The notes beneath the pieces were generated by a model. That model did not search any database, was not told the DNA's origin, and worked only from the letters and a program-made list of their open reading frames with translations. A DNA stretch of 64,000 bases, taken from NCBI GenBank assembly GCA_013239625.1, contig MU054187.1, positions 2,117,757-2,181,756 of the forward strand. Reading direction: 5' to 3'. This stretch comes from Lama guanicoe (Eukaryota). Shown here piece after piece: positions 48,809 to 60,654 of this stretch (its first letter is position 1; the number at the start of each line of letters is the position of its first letter). The position numbers and the translations under genes are program-made.

Positions 48809-51800
48809 TTCTTATTTCTTTACCCCTAACTTTCCTAAGGCTTGAGTGCTTCCTTTCACGTGTGCTGCTTCAAGAAGGAAATACAATTGCTCCCTTTTCT
48901 AAGGCTGTTAAAACTACATAAAATCACTTGATGCAGTTTCTTTTCCAATGCTGTGACGACAGCTTTCCTGTTGGAAAACATTTTTAAATTCTGTAAAGTC
49001 TTATTAAAGTGATTATTAAAACAACAGTTTACTCAACACAGGAGATTGATGAATGCCAACACTTGGTCATATTCTTCAAACTTTTAGAAAAAAAATGAAA
49101 ATTCTTAATAAATTTGAAATTGTCCTTGTAATTCTCAAGTCATTCCTTCTCCACTGCATGAAGCATTTACATGAATCAACACAGATCCTTCCAATTCATC
49201 TTCTTTTATCCATCTGTCTATAGGTCTATCCATCTGTCTACCTATCCGTCATCAGCAATACTTACCCTGAAGTTTCCACTTCATTTTACTGATCTTTCTT
49301 GCCTATTTCTATGCCTATACAATGTTGTATTATTACTTGAGATTTAAATATATATATATATAATTGTCAACGTCAAATGGGACAGGTTTTAACTTTTTGT
49401 TTTTCTTCTTTTCAGTTATCTTAGACTCTTTTAAAACTTAATGTTTCCATAAAATTTTAGAACCTGTTTGTCGAATTATGCAGGATATTTTAGTTCTGTT
49501 GAGGTGTGGTATCCAATACACTGCATATATTTAAAGTGTTTAGTATGACCATCTAACACATGGGTAATGTATTTCTCATTTTCTAATAATCCTGTGCAGC
49601 TGAAACCATCACCACAATCATGGTAATGAGCACCTCCATCACCACCCAAAGTCCTATCCAGTGTCAGTGCCCGCGCGCTGCCCTTCTGCCACCGTGCTAT
49701 AGGGGAGCTTGTGGGGAGACAGTAAATGACAGCTGAGACAGTGCCAGAGAATGAGCCGTGGTTCTGAGAGGTGGTGAGCTGGGCATCCGCATCACAGCTG
49801 GACCACATCTGGGCTGCTTTACCTGCGGCTCTCTCTCCACTGTGTGGGCTTTGCCTCACTCTGAGATGAGAACTGGGCAACTCGCGACTGGTGCCTCTAC
49901 CTGTGAATGGTCCTTCAGCAACAGGTGGCTGTGAGCCTGGTATTTTTACCTCTTCCTTCGGGATTTGGAGTGGTGCTTCCCTGCCCCCACCCCCTATACA
50001 GAGGAAATAGAGAGTGGGTTTTTTGGGGTTTTTTTTCCCCAGACAGGTAACTCTCCAGTGTTGACATAGATAACCAAAATACTCTCATTCTTAGAAAAAG
50101 TTACCTTTACCACATCCAAACTGCATATCCAAGCCAATTTATAGCACTGTTCCCATGACGAAAATGCATTTAAAGTTCCAAACAGTCCTGGTAGAAAGGA
50201 ACTTGGTGAATATGATATGCGTGTAAATTGGGGCTACCTGTGGGGTACAGCCTACCCTGCCATGGGGCTCTTCCTTGTAAAGGTCATTTTCAGCTCATTC
50301 TGCTTCAGATATTTTCTCCTGTTTGTCTCTATGTAGGTAACTATTTCTCTTTTTGGTTATTAAGAGAAAATGAAAGTTCATTTCGCTGGAAGCTGTTCTT
50401 TGCTCCTTTCCTCCCTCCCTCCCTTCCTTCTTCCCTTTCTCTCTCCTCTCTTTTTGCAGATGGCAAGCTCTGAATAAACAGCCTTCACTTACTCTCTTTT
50501 GATTGGTCTTGGTTTATTTCTATGTCCCTATCACGTCTGGATGTCATAGGAAAATGACCGCTCTGGTCATGCAGAGGAGAGACATGGAGAGATTCCACAG
50601 GAGAGACATGGGTATAGTAGAGGCTACTTGGTACCTCATCTTCTCTCCGTAGAGAACACCCAGTTATTCTCAGAAAACCCCCCTTTTGTCTTCCTGTAAA
50701 CTTCCCTCCACTGTCATTGCTAGAAAGTTCACACTTAGCGCTCATTGTCAATGCACTTGTATGCATCAAAGAACAATTATAATGTTAAATCAGCTCTTTT
50801 CTACCATGAAACAGCTGAGCCCAAGCAATTCATTATATGGTCAAGCAGTTGTCCTAATATGGTTATTTGTACAGAAATAACCTGAACAGTAGTGGTCTAT
50901 TTATTTTGTGCTAATTAAGAGTTGAATTTGGCTTGATCTAAGTAAAACTTTTTTTTAAATATGAAAGAATCCTTTTCTAAAAACTGAGATATATCAGTAG
51001 CCCTTTTATTATAAAAAGCCTCTACGTGTTACAGTCAAAACTCTTGAATAGAATGGTTGGAAGGGTCATAATATTAAAGTACGTTTGGCAGGAACGTCAT
51101 GCCTTCCTTTGGTTTGGTTGCTGGTCTGGAGCATCTGAGCCAGCAGAGGTTTCCTGCCGTCCTGGGCAACACACAGCACGTATTGAACCAGGCTAACGAG
51201 ATCAGAGGGCACCCAGCGTGTTGTCAGCACTGTGAGACTGATTTGAGCGACGTCCACTGTGATGCTCAAGAGTAAAATTTGAGGAAAGAAGTTCATTCAG
51301 TGGTGCGTGTGCCTGTGCACCGTCTCCAGGGCCCCCCAGTCACCCCAGCTCCGCCCGACGTGTGCAGGGTGTGTGAAGAAAGCCTGTCTCCCGGTCACAG
51401 GCATGCAGATAACGGGCGACTCTTACCAAAACAGAGGAGGTTCTCCCTCTAATCAGGGCTTCCTTGACTCAAATATCTGCAAAGCCTGGGACCTTGTTCT
51501 TCCCCTAATTGGTGGCCCTCAGACGTGCTTGCAGTTGGAGCGTCCAGTGCTGTGCAGGGAACAGAGTCGGGGGCTCTGGGTCTCTCCGGAGGCATGCCAG
51601 CACTCAAGGGTGCCCCCGCACCCCCTCTCACAGCTGTGTGGTCGTCACTGTGAACACAAGCAAGTCAAGGCAGGGGAATTCGCAGCATTTTACGGGGTCT
51701 CCAGATGAGCTGCCGAGCACACTGTGCTGTACAGAAACAGTGCAGGAGGACGCCGCTGTTCTTACAAATAGCAGGTTTCCTCCAAAAGGAAACAGACAGG

Positions 51801-52009
51801 ATGTCAAAGCAAACTCCCAACAATCTTTGCCCAATAAAAATATTGAGTTGGGCTTGCAAGTTTTTCTTTAATTGTCTGAGCTTTACTTAAGTTTTAATCT
51901 TATGATTATGTTAATATTCTTCGTCTTTTATTTTGTAGGCACAGACCACACCACACAATTTGAAAGACCCCTGGTTCTTCTTCAGGCCTTTGTCAAGTCC
52001 TCAGTTACC

Positions 52010-52370
52010 ACAAAGCAGAGGAGTGTGAGAGACTGAATACATAGACAATGGCCAGGCGACATATACAAAAGTTAATATTTGGACCCGTAACCTGCAGCAA
52101 CCTGTCCAGGAAACCAACCCCCTATCTATAGTAAACAACCGAGGAAGCCAGGCTGCTGTAAGCCACAGATCAGAACATGCCACCCCAGAATATGCCACTT
52201 TGGCATGAGGATTATTTTGAGCTGATGACAGTACAGTACAGAAACAGCAGGTGCAAAAAAGGGCTCTTTACCTCCCCCTATCTGCTTAGAACCAGGGCAT
52301 AAAAATTCCCTTTGCAAAGCGTTCCCTTCCTCTCTCCTGCACTAGGAAGGCAGAACAGCTCTTCACCACA
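52010..52370 (+). mobile_element. ERV1-type LTR fragments (MER21/39-like and MER34-like)
   Basis: gacccgtaacctgcagcaacctgtccaggaaaccaacccc; catgccaccccagaatatgccactttggcatgaggattattttgagctg. Confidence 0.6.
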
Positions 52371-53530
52371 TTTACCAATTTACATATGTCAAACCGTCCT
52401 TGCATTCCAGGAACAAATCCCCTTGATCATGGTGTGTGATCCTTAGTGTGCCATTGAATTTGGTTTGCAAGTATTTTGTTGAGGACTTTTGCATCTATAC
52501 TCACAAAAAATATTGGTATTTAAATTTCTTTTCTTATTGTGTCTTTATCTAGCTTTGGTGTCAGGGTAATGCTGACTTTTTAACACAAGTTTAGAAGTAT
52601 TTCCTCCTTTTAAATTTTTCAGAGGACCCTGAGAAGACTGGTGCTAGTTCTTCTGTAAAAGTTTGGCAGAATCCACCAGTAGAATCATCTGCTCTTGGGC
52701 TTTTCTGTAATGGGTGCTTTTTGATTCTGTCCAGATTTTCTATTTCTTCATGATTCAGTTTTAGTAAGTTGTGTGTTACCAGGAATTTGTTCACGTCTTC
52801 TGTGTTACCCAGTTTGTTGACAGACAGTTGTTCATAGCAGTTCTCTTGCTCCTTTGTATTTCAGTGACATGTGTAATAGCTCCTTTTTTATTTTGATTTT
52901 ATTTGACTCTTTTTTTTTTCTGAGTTAGTAGACCCAAAGATTTGCCAATTTTGTTATCTTCTCATAAAGCCAGCTTAGTTTTTGTTGATCTTTCATATTG
53001 TTTTCTGGTCTCGATCTCATTTATTTCTGCTCTGATCTTTATGTCTCCTTTCTTCTGATAATTTGGGGCTTAGTTGGTCCTTCGTTTAGTTTCTGAGATG
53101 TAAAGTTAGATTATATTTGAAGTCTTTCTTTCTTCTTAATATAGGCATTTATCACCATGAACTTCCCTCTCAGCATTGCCTTTGCAGCACCCCACAGGTT
53201 TTGATATACTGTGTTTCTATTTTAATTTTTTTCCAAGTTACTTCTTGATTTCCCTTTTGATTTATTCTTTGGTTTGTTGGTTATTCAGTAGTGTGTTGGC
53301 GGCTAGCACAACTCTGAGTGGGAGGTGGTGACTCAGGCGGCTGGTGTTTTACAGTCACACAGCCACAGAGGCCTGAGCTGGCTGTTGGTGTAGTTCCCAA
53401 GCTCCTTTGGGGACTGGGGGTGGGTTGGAGGTTGGGGGTGAGGAGGGAGCAGTGAGGGACTCGGGTATCTGGCACCAATGAATGTGAATACCTGTGGTGT
53501 CAGTGTTGGTGAAATCTGCTGTGCTGACTG

Positions 53531-53629
53531 TGCAATCTGCTGTGTTTTCCTGCAGAGCCAGTGTCTGTGAGCCGTGGATGCAATCTGCTGTGTTTTCCTG
53601 CAGAGCCAGTGTCTGTGAGCCGTGGATGC
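53531..53629 (+). repeat. Perfect 48-bp tandem duplication
   Basis: tgcaatctgctgtgttttcctgcagagccagtgtctgtgagccgtgga at 53531-53578 and 53579-53626. Confidence 0.95.
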
Positions 53630-54022
53630 TTCCGGTGTGTGCCTGCTAATAATAGCCCCAGCTTTGCCTTTTCCTTTGTTGGCAGCCGACTCTATCTGCC
53701 TTAGTTTTGCTGCTCAGGGTGAGGGGCGAGGTGGAGCCAAAGGGGGACCTTTATGCAGTGCCCCTAAAGGCTGGAGGAGCTGGTCACTTACCAAGCTCTT
53801 CCTCTCCTGCTGAGGAGACCTCTTCCTAGCGGGGAAGTTCCTTTCTGGCACTGAGCAGTGCTGGGCTGGGGGATGCAGTGATGCAAGTACAAAAAAAGCT
53901 GTTTTCCTTCTCTTCCTGTGCAGCTCTTCTCAGGGTTTTTGTTCCACAGTGCTAAAACTTCTTAGGTGGCCTCCAGATGTCTCCCAAAGCTGTTTTTCTC
54001 CCAGAGCTGTTTGTGGGCTAGC

Positions 54023-54542
54023 TGTCGCAGGGGAGTGGGATTTGCCACTCTAAAATAGATCTCTTTGGCATATTAATTGTTTCAAGCTGGTTATCTTCTG
54101 AGCAACAGCAGACCTGGGACTCTGAAAACACAGTAGGAATTTCCGCTTTGTAAGAAATACTTGCATTTGTAAAGCAAATCTCCATTAGTATAGGTGTCTT
54201 CCTCTCAGTGCCATGATGACCAAATCTCTAGAAATTCTTATCAATGGACAAGGCAAGGCAAATCTGCATCAGAATCACCCTTGTTTACTGTGCTTTTCCT
54301 GGTCACCTCCCATCACTGGCTCTCCCACCCTCAGCATCCTCTTTGGTCTTTAGCCGAAGGTGGTATTCAAGATGAGGGCTTTGGCCATTTTTGTAGGTTA
54401 CTCAGTTTTCCTGGGTCTCTCCCACGTTTACGTGTTAAGAAACTTTTGTTTGATTTTCTCCTGATCTGTCTCATGTCAATATAATTCTCAGCCCAGCCAG
54501 GAGGACCTAGAAGGGTAGAGGAAAATTTCTTCCTCCTCAGCA
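54023..54542 (+). mobile_element. ERV1-type solo LTR (MER34-group-like)
   Basis: TG...CA ends; tttgccactctaaaatagatctctttggcata...; ...ttttctcctgatctgtctcatgtcaat...gggtagaggaaaatttcttcctc. Confidence 0.7.
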
Positions 54543-54629
54543 CTGTCCCATGGTTGATCTTTGTGAAGCGATGGGGAGATTGGATGACTGGGTTCTCCTC
54601 TGTTGTCATTTTTCTGATGACTCTAAAAA

Positions 54630-55795
54630 ATCTTTCATTGTCATTTTGATTAAATGGATAACTAAGTATTATTTATAATGACCTGTGATCTTATTTAATC
54701 AAGTGTTCAAATCTTCTGACACTTTTGACAATGTCTCCAAATCAAATTCTAAGTGCTCTTGGCCTTGAACTAACTTTGAGACTTCCCACAGGGCTCCTGG
54801 AAAATCTCAAAGCATTTATTCTCTCATCTTGTCAAAAGAGAGATGATAAATTAATCAGGCTTGATATGTTAAATTACATGAGTCATGCTTAAGCCTCCCT
54901 TAGGTTATATTCATATAGTGTATGTTATTAACATAAATATTTCAGAAATTGTATAGAGCTCCCAAAAATTTGTCAATGTTTTTGCTGTCCATGTAGGTCC
55001 TAGTATAATATTATCTGTCATAATTCTAGTTATTATCTTAAAAAGCTGTATGTCACAGAAACAAACAAATTTTCTTGTCAGTGGCATTATAATGAATTCA
55101 CCAAATCTTTAACCATGGCTATTTTAAGTCTTTTATTATTCACAGACACATTGTTTTACTCTGACGATTTCTTGAAAGCTTTTGCAATCAACTACAGGTC
55201 AAATGCTTCATCTTCAACAAAGAAGAAAGGATTTCCAGGGCTCGAGTGGAGAAGCTGATGGGTTCAAGAAACTGCTAACCCAAGACAAAGCAAAACAAGA
55301 AATAATCACATGAGACTGAATTAACTGGTAGGGATGATGATAATTTTACAGACTCTTGCTTAAAGCTTTGCAGATTCTTTAATGTTCTACCGTCTGGATT
55401 TAAATAACCCTTCCCTCTCCTCTCTTAAGAGAAATGACTCTTCTTACTAGAAATAGCACTGACTAGGGTGTACATAAACCAACTCTACTAAAATAGCCCT
55501 CATCTTTCAGTGGCTTCTCCCATAATGTTCTCTTCCCACAATTTACCGCCCCCAAAGTCCAAACCCTTTTTTCCTTTGTCTACTCACTTCTCATGTCCCT
55601 CTTTGTTAAAATGGTATATAAATTCCCACTCCAAGCATCTCTTTGGGTTTCACTTCTGTTTTATAAAGCCTCTTTATGCATGCAAACTAATCTTTTCTCC
55701 TGTTAATCTGCTTTTTTGTTTTTGTTTTTGTTTAATTTTTATGCCCCTGTCACTGAATTTAAGAGGATAGAGGAAAAGTTTTTTCTCTCCTACAG
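54630..55795. mobile_element. ERV1 (MER4-group-like) internal remnant plus LTR
   Basis: AT-rich internal-type text (atgacctgtgatc...acttttgaca; taattctagttattatctta) followed by an LTR ending ttttctcctgttaatctg...gatagaggaaaagttttttctctcctaca. Confidence 0.55.
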
Positions 55796-55859
55796 TCACT
55801 TGCAGGAAGCAAACTGTTATTTCTAGTGATAATCCAGGAAGTTAAATAGTAACTTTAAA

Positions 55860-58390
55860 AGTGTGATGTCAGCAAAATGGTAACTCATTCTCACCCCAGA
55901 AACAACAATTTGAATAACCATTGTCAACGAAAACTTAATCAGTTGATCTAAGAAAGAAATGGAAATTTTTATTCGAGCCGAATTTGAGTATGATTACCCG
56001 GGAAGAGCATCTGGGAAAGCTCCAAGGACCGTTCTATAGTTAGAAATCGAGGCACAGTTTTGCTAAGTTTTTTTTCTGAGGCCGAGGGCTTTGCACCAAT
56101 AATGTATTGACAGTTCACAAAATCTAGATGTCAGCGTCTCCCTGGGGGGGTCATGTGACCCCTTACAAGATCCAGGAAGGAATGTCATCTTTTAAGGCGC
56201 TGGGAGAATGCTGGTTTTTATGGTGGAGCAGGTGTTCCTGCCGGTGGGGGAGCTTTGGTCGCTGCCTGATGCAGAGACACAGTGCGCAGTGCGGGGAGAG
56301 CAGGCCAAAGGGAGAGGATTTTTTAATGTTTAAATTTTTCTTGGCTTGCCAGAAAGTATGACTTTCATTTCACACTATCCATGCATGAAAACACCTTCAC
56401 AAGAGCCAGTACCTGGGTGAAGCCTAGAAATAAAAAGATGCATTGCAGAGGGTCGGAAAGGTAGCTCCCCACCACCCTCACCACTCCTGCCCCAAGCCCA
56501 GCAGCCCAGCACAGAGAGAGACCCCTTCTCCACGGGAGGAGAGCGAAGAGAGCCACCCACCCCAGCCCCGGCTGACTCCCGGTAGCCCTGGGGGACTCCC
56601 TGAGTGTTCCTGTGAACCCAGCTCCCTGCTCGCCGTGGCACGTGCCAGCGCCAGTGACCCAGGGCAGCTCCGTAGCCCCAGGCATCATATTTGGCCGAGG
56701 GTCCCAGAGGGCCCTCGTGAACCAGGCTCCTGGCTCCCCTAGGTGCTGCACCCATGGATCTGGGCTCCCGGCTTCAGGGAATCCAAGCTCTCAGCTCTCC
56801 CAGCTCCAGCTGGAGCCCAAGGTCCTCAGAGGCCTCTGCAACGCCTGTCTCCCAGTCAGCCCACAAACCCAGGCTCTCGGAGGGACCCACGAGCCCAGGA
56901 TGTCGGCTGGGCTCAGCAACAGGCTGGCTACCATGGACCCCGGCTTTCAGCTCACTTCAGCATGAGGCCGGCTCCCACAGCACAGGGCCCAGGCCCACCT
57001 CAGTTCTGAGCCAGCCCCCAGGGATCTACACTTCGGACCGGCCCCCATGGACCCAGGTCCCTGGCCGCCCCAGCACCAGGCCAGCTCCAGGGCCCTTCAC
57101 CTTGAGCTTGACCCTTGATGTCCCAGCTCACAGGCTGACTCTGCGGCACCAGGCTCTGGGCTGGCCCCAGTGCCAGGCTGACCCCTGAACCCTGGCCTCC
57201 AGGCTGGCTTCCATGAAGCCTGGCTCCTGGCCTGTCCAATACTGGATCCGCCCCTGTGGACCCAGAATCCAGATGGGCCCACACAGACCCAGTTCCCACA
57301 CCCATTACTGAAGACCCAAGTGCCAGGCTCACCCTAGTGAACCAAGACTCCAGTCCCTTCCCCATAGACACAGGCACCACGGTGTTCCCCATATACTCAA
57401 ATACCAGGTCTACCCACCTGCCTCCCCAGGCCCCAGACCTACCTGCCCAAGGACTCCAGCAGCAAGCTCACTTATGGACATCACCAGAGGGTACACCCAG
57501 AACTCTGAACACACTGACTGGTGAAGAACTTTGCCTGCCAGGGTCAGTCTGTGAAGATTGGAAAAGGCTTCTAATTACTCATATGTGCAGACACCAATGC
57601 AAAGCCACAAGGATCACAAATAAATTGAAATTTAATAGATGGTAAAAGATATTCCATGAAAATAGAAAGAAAAAAAAGAGAAGGGTAGCTATATTTATTT
57701 ATATCAAAGTATCAAAATACACTTTGTCATAAATTACAACAAGAGCAGAAAAGGTCATATATTCCACGATGAAGGAGTCAAGTTATCAGAAGGACATAAC
57801 AATCGTAAACATATATGCATCCAACATTGGAACATCAAAATATATGAAGGAAATACTAACAGATCTGAAGGGGGAAGAGACAGCAATACAGTAATAGTAG
57901 GGAGTTCAGTAAGCCCTTTCAGCAATGGATGGGCCATCCAGACAGAAAATCGATACGCAGAACTGGAACGGAGCCATGCCTCAGGGCAGACGGACACAGA
58001 ACGTTCCATCCCATGGCAGGAGCACACACTGCCTTTTCAAGTGTGCGTGGAATATACTCCAGGATACATCGTATGTTCAGTCACAAAACAACCCTTAGCA
58101 AATGTAAAAAAGAATAAAATCATATCAAGTATCTTTTCTGACCACAATGTATGAAACTAGAAATCAAGAAAGAAGAACACGGGAAAATTCACGCCTATGT
58201 GGAAATTAAACATCACAGTCCTGAACGACCCATGGAGAAATCAAAAGGGAAATGAAAAATTACCCTGACATAAGTGGAAGTAGAAACACAACACATCAAA
58301 ACGTACGGGACACAGGAGAAGCAGCCTAGGGGGGCGGTTTACGCCGATAAACACCTGCATTAAAAACAGAAGATTCCAAATAAACAGCCA
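55860..58390 (+). mobile_element. L1 with 5' UTR (C-rich repetitive 56380-57600) joined to the ORF2 endonuclease region; ORF1 largely deleted
   Basis: 5' start gatgtcagcaaaatgg; ORF2 text aacaatcgtaaacatatatgcatccaacattgga...cagcaatacagtaatagtaggg...atcatatcaagtatcttttctgaccacaat. Confidence 0.75.
55922..56374 (-). mobile_element. ERV1-type solo LTR inserted in an L1 5' UTR
   Basis: TG...CA termini (tgtcaacg...tttcaca), AATAAA on the minus strand (tttatt ~55968), 4-bp TSD ccat/ctat. Confidence 0.75.
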
Positions 58391-59452
58391 CTTTCCCGTT
58401 ACCATTGCGACAGGGCCAGTCAGGGGACCGTGGGCGCCAGCCTTTCCCATCTGTTTCCTCTGGTGCGTAGCTCACTTCTCAGACCAGAGCTACACAGAGC
58501 CGAGCGAGCAGACTGCTTGGTGTGACCTGTTTGGTTTTGTTTCAATTATTCACATGGTTGAGAGACAGCAGAGTTTCTTTTGCTCAAACAGCCAGCTGAA
58601 CGGGCTTTGTCCAGGCATATCTGCTCACCTGCAGCGATAAGCTTGTTGCACAAGTATCCATCAAGCTTCCTCCTTTGGGGAGAGTTGAGGAGCTAAAGAC
58701 AGTAGAAACCTTGACTGGAACTAAGGAAAGCGCCACCCAGTCCTTCTGCTTTCAAGCACGGCTTCTTTTAACCTGCAAGTATAGAATTTGAGAGGTGGAA
58801 AAAAATTTTTTAATTATCTAAGCCAATCCTTTTGATAGATTTGAAAATACTGAAAAGGTGGCTTGCTCAAGTCTGCAGACAAATGGTGCTGCCAGGGCTC
58901 CAGGCCAGGCCCCGGACTTGCGCTCCGGTGCTCCTTCCGTCAGGGAACGCCGGCCTTGGGCGACCACGTGAAGTGGGTCATCATGTCGCCCTCCATCTAC
59001 ACCTTCCTTCACTGCGTATCAGAAATTTGATTTGCGGCCGAATTATCAAGTTGGTTACATCCTTTTGTATTTGAGGTTGGTGCTCACTTGTTTACAGAGT
59101 GTTACCTCCTGTTCTGCTTTTGCAGGCACTGGATCTTTATTTAGCTGAATTACTCAGTTGCCTTTTATTTTTTTCTTCTTAATTGCTTTTCAACAGCTCT
59201 ATATGTTGTACCTTTTTATTTATAGTTTAATTTAACTATAATTATAATTTAATTATAATTTAAGTTACTCATCGTTAAGTTTACAGAGGACAGATTCCAT
59301 ACTGTCTCACGAGGGCAGAACACTTGTACCCTTGATAAGGGACGTCCTCCTGCAAGATTAAGTAGAATGACGGCAAATCAGAGGATTTTGTGATTTGACA
59401 AAGTAAGCAAACCCCAGCCCCCACTCTCCCCTCCTCATCTGTACATCCATCT

Positions 59453-59620
59453 CAGTGGTTCTCAACCCGGGGCTATTTTGCAATCCCCCTTCCTTAACCA
59501 AGGACATTTAGCGATGTCTGGAAACAATTTTGATTGTCACAACTGGGAGGTGCTACTGGCACCTACTAGCTGGAGGACAGGAAAACACGGGACATCCACT
59601 TCCTTGGCAAGGACAGTGAA
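59453..59620 (+). mobile_element. MER20 hAT transposon remnant
   Basis: cagtggttctcaacccgggg...ggacatttagcgatgtctggaaacaattttgattgtcacaactggg...tgctactggcacct. Confidence 0.8.
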
Positions 59621-59724
59621 CTGAAGATGGTGATTGACAGGCAGATCCAGCAGCAGCAAGGCCTTTGATAGGTCCCTCTTGATATTCTCGCGTATAATTA
59701 ATTGCACATAATTAACTCACTGTC

Positions 59725-59860
59725 GAGGAGGGCATAGCTCAGTGGTAGAACACATGCTTAGCAAGGACAAGGTCCTGGGTTCAGTCCCCAGCACCTCCAT
59801 TAAAAAATAATAATAATAAGTAAATGAACCTAATTACCTCCTCCCCCAAATCCAAAACAC
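59725..59860 (+). mobile_element. tRNA-derived SINE, long-tailed form
   Basis: gagggcatagctcagtggtagaa...ggtcctgggttcagtccccagcacctccattaaaaaataataa...acctaattacctcc. Confidence 0.88.
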
Positions 59861-60654
59861 GAACCCCCCAAATTATTTATAATTCATTGGATATTTGCTG
59901 AGTTCTATGAATGAATGTCAGTACAATTACACAAGTTAATTAAATATTGTTAATCAGTAGGTCCCCGTCAACGCCAAGAGGGTCAGTGTCCTCTCTTCCT
60001 AGTCACCCTTTTCCCCAGGGACACGAGCCAGAAGGAGGACCATTTCCAGGGAGGCAGCCCGGCACAAAGAGCCAGGACTCAGTTCAGCTGCCAAGAGAGG
60101 ACAACAGTAGCTGTTTCCAGATGAGGGCACGTGACAGAGGAGATCGGAGCCGTGCCACAGACCAGGAAGCAGATGGAAGCAGACGGGCGCGGGGCTGTCA
60201 CCCTGGCGAGGGGACCCCTGTGTAGATTTTTAATGAGCTCTGTTTCCTTAACCTCATTTCAGGAATTTATTTTAGAAGCTTATTGCGTTCGTGAAACATT
60301 CAGTAATATTCTCCTATAGCATACTGAGACAATTTGTGTATAAGCTGTGCATTGTGACCAGAGAATTCTGGCATCGTGTGAAAGTTAACAACAAGTCATT
60401 AGTTACTTCCATGAATGTCGAGAATCCTTTTCTTTTGATATTGTTGGTTTCTTGTTCTAACTGAAGGAAAACAAGGCCTCGCTGATCTCTTACACATCTT
60501 TTCCTACTTTTAAGGTCCTTGACTGTTTTCAAAAGTGAGTCTTTAAAACTCAGGAAGCGACCGGCGAAGTCCACCTCAATGCATTACAGGGCTCAGGGCT
60601 TTAGCACTTCATTTAATCATTTAACCAATTTGCTTACTTTGTCTCTACCCTTAA

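Larger units (their letters stand above)
52370..54625 (-). mobile_element. Internally deleted L1 (ORF2 fragments plus 5' UTR), interrupted by an LTR
   Basis: ORF track KFLVTHNLLKLNHEEIENL... is L1 ORF2; GC-richer 5' UTR-like sequence at 53300-54020 and 54545-54625. Confidence 0.75.

Noticed and set aside
53531..53629. CRISPR-like or regularly spaced array
   Set aside because: Only two adjacent copies with no spacers; mammalian DNA with no cas genes.
56380..57600. Cluster of Pro/Ser-rich ORFs and loose ccaggctcc repeats
   Set aside because: Sits between an L1 5' start and L1 ORF2; consistent with a repetitive L1 5' UTR, not a gene.
59725..59800. tRNA gene calls for A/B-box sequences here and at six other sites
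   Set aside because: They have A-rich tails, TSDs and divergent bodies, so they are SINEs rather than tRNA genes.
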